This document shows positions 60,840 through 64,000 of a stretch of 64,000 nucleotides of DNA, one piece after another. Each line of letters opens with the position of its first letter. Within the stretch, counting starts at the first letter, position 1. The stretch lies in the NCBI GenBank assembly GCA_041936745.1, contig JBHGWS010000143.1, forward strand, positions 179 to 64,178, written 5' to 3'. The stretch is from Candidatus Darwinibacter acetoxidans. Its GTDB lineage: Bacteria > Bacillota > Limnochordia > Darwinibacteriales > Darwinibacteriaceae. The position numbers and the translations under genes were made by a program. The notes beneath the pieces were generated by a model. That model had not been told where the DNA came from. It was given only the letters and a program-made list of their open reading frames with translations, and ran no database searches.

Positions 60840-62291
60840 ATGACTAAAATCGGCTGGAACTTTGCCAACAGTTATAACGAGCTGCCCGGGTTGTTTTACA
60901 CCTATACAGAACCAACCCCCGTCAGCGACCCCAAAATAGTTCTTTTAAACGAAGAATTGGCGGCTGCTTTAGGCTTAAATGCCGCAGGCCTGCGGACAAA
61001 AGAGGGAACCCTGATTTTAGCGGGCAACAAAAGCCCGGCTGATTCAAAGCCTTTGGCCCAAGCCTATGCCGGCCATCAATTCGGCCACTTTACCATGTTA
61101 GGCGACGGCCGCGCCTTATTAATCGGTGAGCAAATTACACCGCAAGGCCAACGGTACGATCTCCAGTTGAAAGGAGCCGGCCCCACCCCCTTTTCCAGAA
61201 GCGGTGACGGCAGGGCCACTTTAGGGCCCATGCTGAGAGAATACATCATCAGTGAAGCCATGCACGCTTTGAAAATACCCACAACCCGCGGTTTAGCCGT
61301 GGTAACGACGGGTGAAGCGGTGCGCCGGGAAGAAAATCTCCCCGGGGCAATTTTAACCAGAGCCGCCAAAAGCCACCTGCGCGTCGGCACTTTCCAATAT
61401 GCGGCCGCCTGGGGTTCTAAAAAGGATTTGACGGCTTTAGCCGACTACGCCATTAACCGCCACTATCCGGACTTAAAAGGGGCCGATAAGTTTAGGCTCT
61501 TTTTCAGGCGGGTAATTCAAGCCCAGGCTTCTTTAGCCGCCAAGTGGATGTTAGTCGGTTTTATCCACGGCGTGATGAATACGGATAATATGGCGATCAG
61601 CGGGGAAACCATCGATTACGGCCCCTGCGCTTTTATGGACACATTTGATCCGACAACGGTCTTCAGCTCCATCGACCAAAACGGCCGCTACGCCTACAAC
61701 CGCCAGCCCAAGATTACCGCCTGGAATTTAGCCCGCTTAGCGGAAGCACTACTACCGCTTTTCAGCGACGATACGGAGGAGGCGGTAGAAATCGCCCAAG
61801 CGGAGCTGGCCCGCTTCCCCGCCTATTACGGGGAGTTTTGGCTGAGCGGAATGAAAGGAAAATTAGGCCTAAAAGGCGAAGCCCCGGGGGATAGGCAGCT
61901 GATCGAAGATCTGCTTGAGCTTATGTATCAACACGAGGCCGACTACACCAATACATTTTTGGACCTTACTTTCGCAAAAGCCTCGCAAGAAGCACTGCAC
62001 GCTGCCAAAGAGTTTCAAGCCTGGCTGGAACGCTGGCAAAAACGGCTCCAAAAGAATTCGAACGGCAAGCTGAGCCAAGAAATGATGAAAAGGCATAACC
62101 CCGCTTTAATCCCCCGCAACCACCGAGTGGAAAAAGCCCTGCGCCGAGCGGTCCGGTCCGGCGATTTGAGCGGTGTGAAAAATCTTTTGGCTGTTTTAAA
62201 AGACCCGTTTGCCCACAGCGAAGCGCAAAAGGAATACGCTAAACCGCCCCCGCCTTCCGCCGTCCCCTACCGCACCTTCTGCGGCACTTGA
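60840..62291 (+). CDS. selO: Protein adenylyltransferase SelO (YdiU/UPF0061 pseudokinase-fold AMPylase)
   Basis: GHQFGHF, the [20 protein letters not shown] catalytic region and overall SelO-family similarity. The start ATG at 60840 is preceded by GAGGAGG. The track ORF begins 33 nt upstream at a TTG. Confidence 0.85.
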   Translation: MTKIGWNFANSYNELPGLFYTYTEPTPVSDPKIVLLNEELAAALGLNAAGLRTKEGTLILAGNKSPADSKPLAQAYAGHQFGHFTMLGDGRALLIGEQITPQGQRYDLQLKGAGPTPFSRSGDGRATLGPMLREYIISEAMHALKIPTTRGLAVVTTGEAVRREENLPGAILTRAAKSHLRVGTFQYAAAWGSKKDLTALADYAINRHYPDLKGADKFRLFFRRVIQAQASLAAKWMLVGFIHGVMNTDNMAISGETIDYGPCAFMDTFDPTTVFSSIDQNGRYAYNRQPKITAWNLARLAEALLPLFSDDTEEAVEIAQAELARFPAYYGEFWLSGMKGKLGLKGEAPGDRQLIEDLLELMYQHEADYTNTFLDLTFAKASQEALHAAKEFQAWLERWQKRLQKNSNGKLSQEMMKRHNPALIPRNHRVEKALRRAVRSGDLSGVKNLLAVLKDPFAHSEAQKEYAKPPPPSAVPYRTFCGT

Positions 62292-62361
62292 GGCGGAACA
62301 TTTGGGCGTGGACTTTCTTAAATAAAAGGTGTATACTTATAATTAACAGTGCCGAGGAGGT

Positions 62362-62592
62362 GTGGAAGTGAAAGAAAGAGTGGAAGCTGTTTTGAATAGA
62401 ATTCGCCCGTCCATTCAAGCAGACGGCGGTGACGTGGAATTGGTCGAAATCAGCGAAGACAACGTAGTCACGGTTAAACTTACCGGTGCTTGCGTTGGCT
62501 GCCCCATGTCTCAGTTGACTTTAAAGGGCGGCATTGAAAGAATCCTCAAGCACGAAATTCCGGAAGTTGCTTCGGTTGAGGCGGCCTTATAA
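62362..62592 (+). CDS. NifU-like (Nfu-type) Fe-S cluster carrier domain protein
   Basis: 76 aa. GACVGCPMS matches the Nfu C-terminal CxxC motif. RBS GAGGAGGTG. Confidence 0.8.
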   Translation: MEVKERVEAVLNRIRPSIQADGGDVELVEISEDNVVTVKLTGACVGCPMSQLTLKGGIERILKHEIPEVASVEAAL

Positions 62593-62649
62593 AATTTCGG
62601 GAGGAGCGTTTGCTCCTCTTTTCATTATCTCAAGGAAAGGGTTATTTTT

Positions 62650-63663
62650 GTGGCCAAACTTGCTGCGATCATTAAAGACGCGGGGTTTGATGCTTACGCC
62701 ATTATGCCCGCGGCCCCGCTTACCGGAATGCTGCCGATTCTAAAAGAGGCACAAAAAGAGGGGCGCTATCCCGCTTTTGTGGAAAAAGACATAAATAAGC
62801 GCATCGACCCGGCTGCCCTGCAAAAAAGTGCTCAAAGCATTATCTCCCTCGCCGTTTCTTACTACACAAAAGATCCGGGCCCCACGCCCCCGCTCCATGG
62901 GGTTGTCTCCCGCTACGCCTGGGGATTAGATTACCACCGCGTTTTACACACCAGAATGGATTTGGTGATCGCCGCTTTACAAAAACACTTTTCGGCAAAA
63001 GAATGCACAAAAGCAGTCGATACCACTTTTCTCGTTGATCGGGCCATCGCCATTGAATCAGGGCTTGGTTTTCCCGGGGCCAACTGCGCCGTGTACGTAC
63101 CGCCTTTCGGCTCGTGGGTCTTTTTGGGCGCCATCTTAGTCGATGTCAAACTGCCTGTTACCGGAAACGGACATAATTGGGCAAAGCCCGTTGAGTGCGC
63201 TGCCTGTGTCAAAGCCTGCCCGACCAATGCTTTATTCGCCCCGGGGAAAATTGACCCGGGCCGCTGCATTTCACACCTGACTCAAATGCCCGGCCCCATT
63301 CCCTTGGAGCTCAGGGAAAAACTGGGCAGCAGGCTGTGGGGCTGTGATACCTGCCAGCAGGCAAGCCTCAAAAACCGCCGCGCCCAAAAAAGCCCCCACC
63401 AAGAATTCCAACCGATTAAAGGCCCCCATATCCCTCTGCTGCCACTGCTTTCTCTTACTAACAGGGAATTCAAAAAAGAATTCGGCTCGACGGCCATGGC
63501 CTGGCGGGGTAAAAACACGCTGCAGCGCAACGCCTGCATAGTCCTGGGCAATCAAAAAAACCCGCAAGCCCTGCCAACTTTAAAAGAAGTAGCTTTAAAC
63601 CACCCCAGCGAAACGGTCCGGGAAGCGGCCCGCTGGGCTGTAGATAAAATTAATTCCCCTTAG
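62650..63663 (+). CDS. queG: Epoxyqueuosine reductase QueG (cobalamin/4Fe-4S tRNA-modifying enzyme)
   Basis: 337 aa. Ferredoxin-like CAACVKACP and CISHLTQ...CDTCQ cysteine clusters, with a C-terminal HEAT-like tail, as in QueG. Confidence 0.85.
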   Translation: MAKLAAIIKDAGFDAYAIMPAAPLTGMLPILKEAQKEGRYPAFVEKDINKRIDPAALQKSAQSIISLAVSYYTKDPGPTPPLHGVVSRYAWGLDYHRVLHTRMDLVIAALQKHFSAKECTKAVDTTFLVDRAIAIESGLGFPGANCAVYVPPFGSWVFLGAILVDVKLPVTGNGHNWAKPVECAACVKACPTNALFAPGKIDPGRCISHLTQMPGPIPLELREKLGSRLWGCDTCQQASLKNRRAQKSPHQEFQPIKGPHIPLLPLLSLTNREFKKEFGSTAMAWRGKNTLQRNACIVLGNQKNPQALPTLKEVALNHPSETVREAARWAVDKINSP

Positions 63664-64000
63664 CTGATTTTAAGACAGCCTGCAGGCCCCGCTTATACTC
63701 TTCTTGGCAGCTGTTGGCCAGGGCTTCTTCTAAGCAGGCAACTGCCTCTGCACCGCCGAGCATCGCGATGCGGCGGGCTAACCCCATTTTGATTTCATCT
63801 TCCTTCGGGTATGATTCAAAAATTTCCCGCAGCAAGTTCCATTTGCGCCTGCCGGGCCTGCCCTGTGTGAGAAAATCAGCCAGCTCGACTAAAAAAGGCG
63901 AGAGGCGGTTGGCGCGCGCAAAGCGGCGCACCGCGGGCAGGGCTTTTGTGTCAAAACCCCATAAAAGTGCTTTACAGCCGTGAAAGAGCGCTTCGTTGGA
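63650..64000 (-). CDS. Hypothetical protein, 5' end outside window (open frame continues past 64000)
   Basis: The minus-strand frame is open from 64000 to the stop at 63650 (...FARANRLSPFLVELADFLTQGRPGRRKWNLLREIFESYPKEDEIKMGLARRIAMLGG...). Convergent with queG, sharing 14 nt. Confidence 0.4.
   Translation of the reverse strand, partial: SNEALFHGCKALLWGFDTKALPAVRRFARANRLSPFLVELADFLTQGRPGRRKWNLLREIFESYPKEDEIKMGLARRIAMLGGAEAVACLEEALANSCQEEYKRGLQAVLKSAKGN

Noticed and set aside
62277-62320. SelO ends ...FCGT followed by TGA. Reading the TGA as selenocysteine would create a C-x-x-U motif like the C-terminal Cys-x-x-Sec of eukaryotic SelO.
   Set aside because: No SECIS-like hairpin follows the UGA (GGCGGAACATTTGGGCGTGGACTTTCTT has no stable stem with an apical G/U loop). 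The putative read-through tail (GGTFGRGLS) is unlike any SelO C-terminus. No sel genes are visible. Most bacterial SelO homologs simply end near this Cys. I treat it as an ordinary stop, though a genome-wide selA/selB/selD check would settle it.

Overview
This 64 kb window looks like core chromosome of a high-GC (~57%), spore-forming Firmicute of the class Clostridia. The synteny is Peptococcaceae/Desulfotomaculum-like: gerM-murI-murD-rph-rdgB, cggR-gap-pgk-tpiA-gpmI-eno, smpB-ssrA, secG, whiA-yvcK, cdaA-cdaR-glmM-acpS, cwlD, addB-addA. It is gene-dense (about 90% coding), with most genes on the minus strand in long co-directional operons, many joined by overlapping stop/start codons (ATGA, TAATG). 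Supported features: about 75 CDS, a four-tRNA operon (Pro-Gly-Arg-His), tmRNA with an ANNNYALAA tag reading frame, several rho-independent terminators and three sigma-A-like promoters. I see no CRISPR array, transposase, integrase or recognisable defence system. The most unusual items are a cytoplasmic protein fusing a CoA-binding/Rex-like Rossmann domain to a methyl-accepting chemotaxis protein (MCP) signalling domain, and a duplicated, decayed copy of the kbl 3' end flanking a HAD phosphatase gene plus the tRNA cluster, all sitting inside a split kbl-tdh locus. Also notable are an orphan Fe-S hydro-lyase beta subunit inside the mur-rph operon and a compact DnaD-domain/DnaC-like helicase-loader pair next to a secreted glucodextranase-C-like protein. 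Coordinates I derived by hand (tRNAs, motifs, internal starts) may be off by 1-2 nt.
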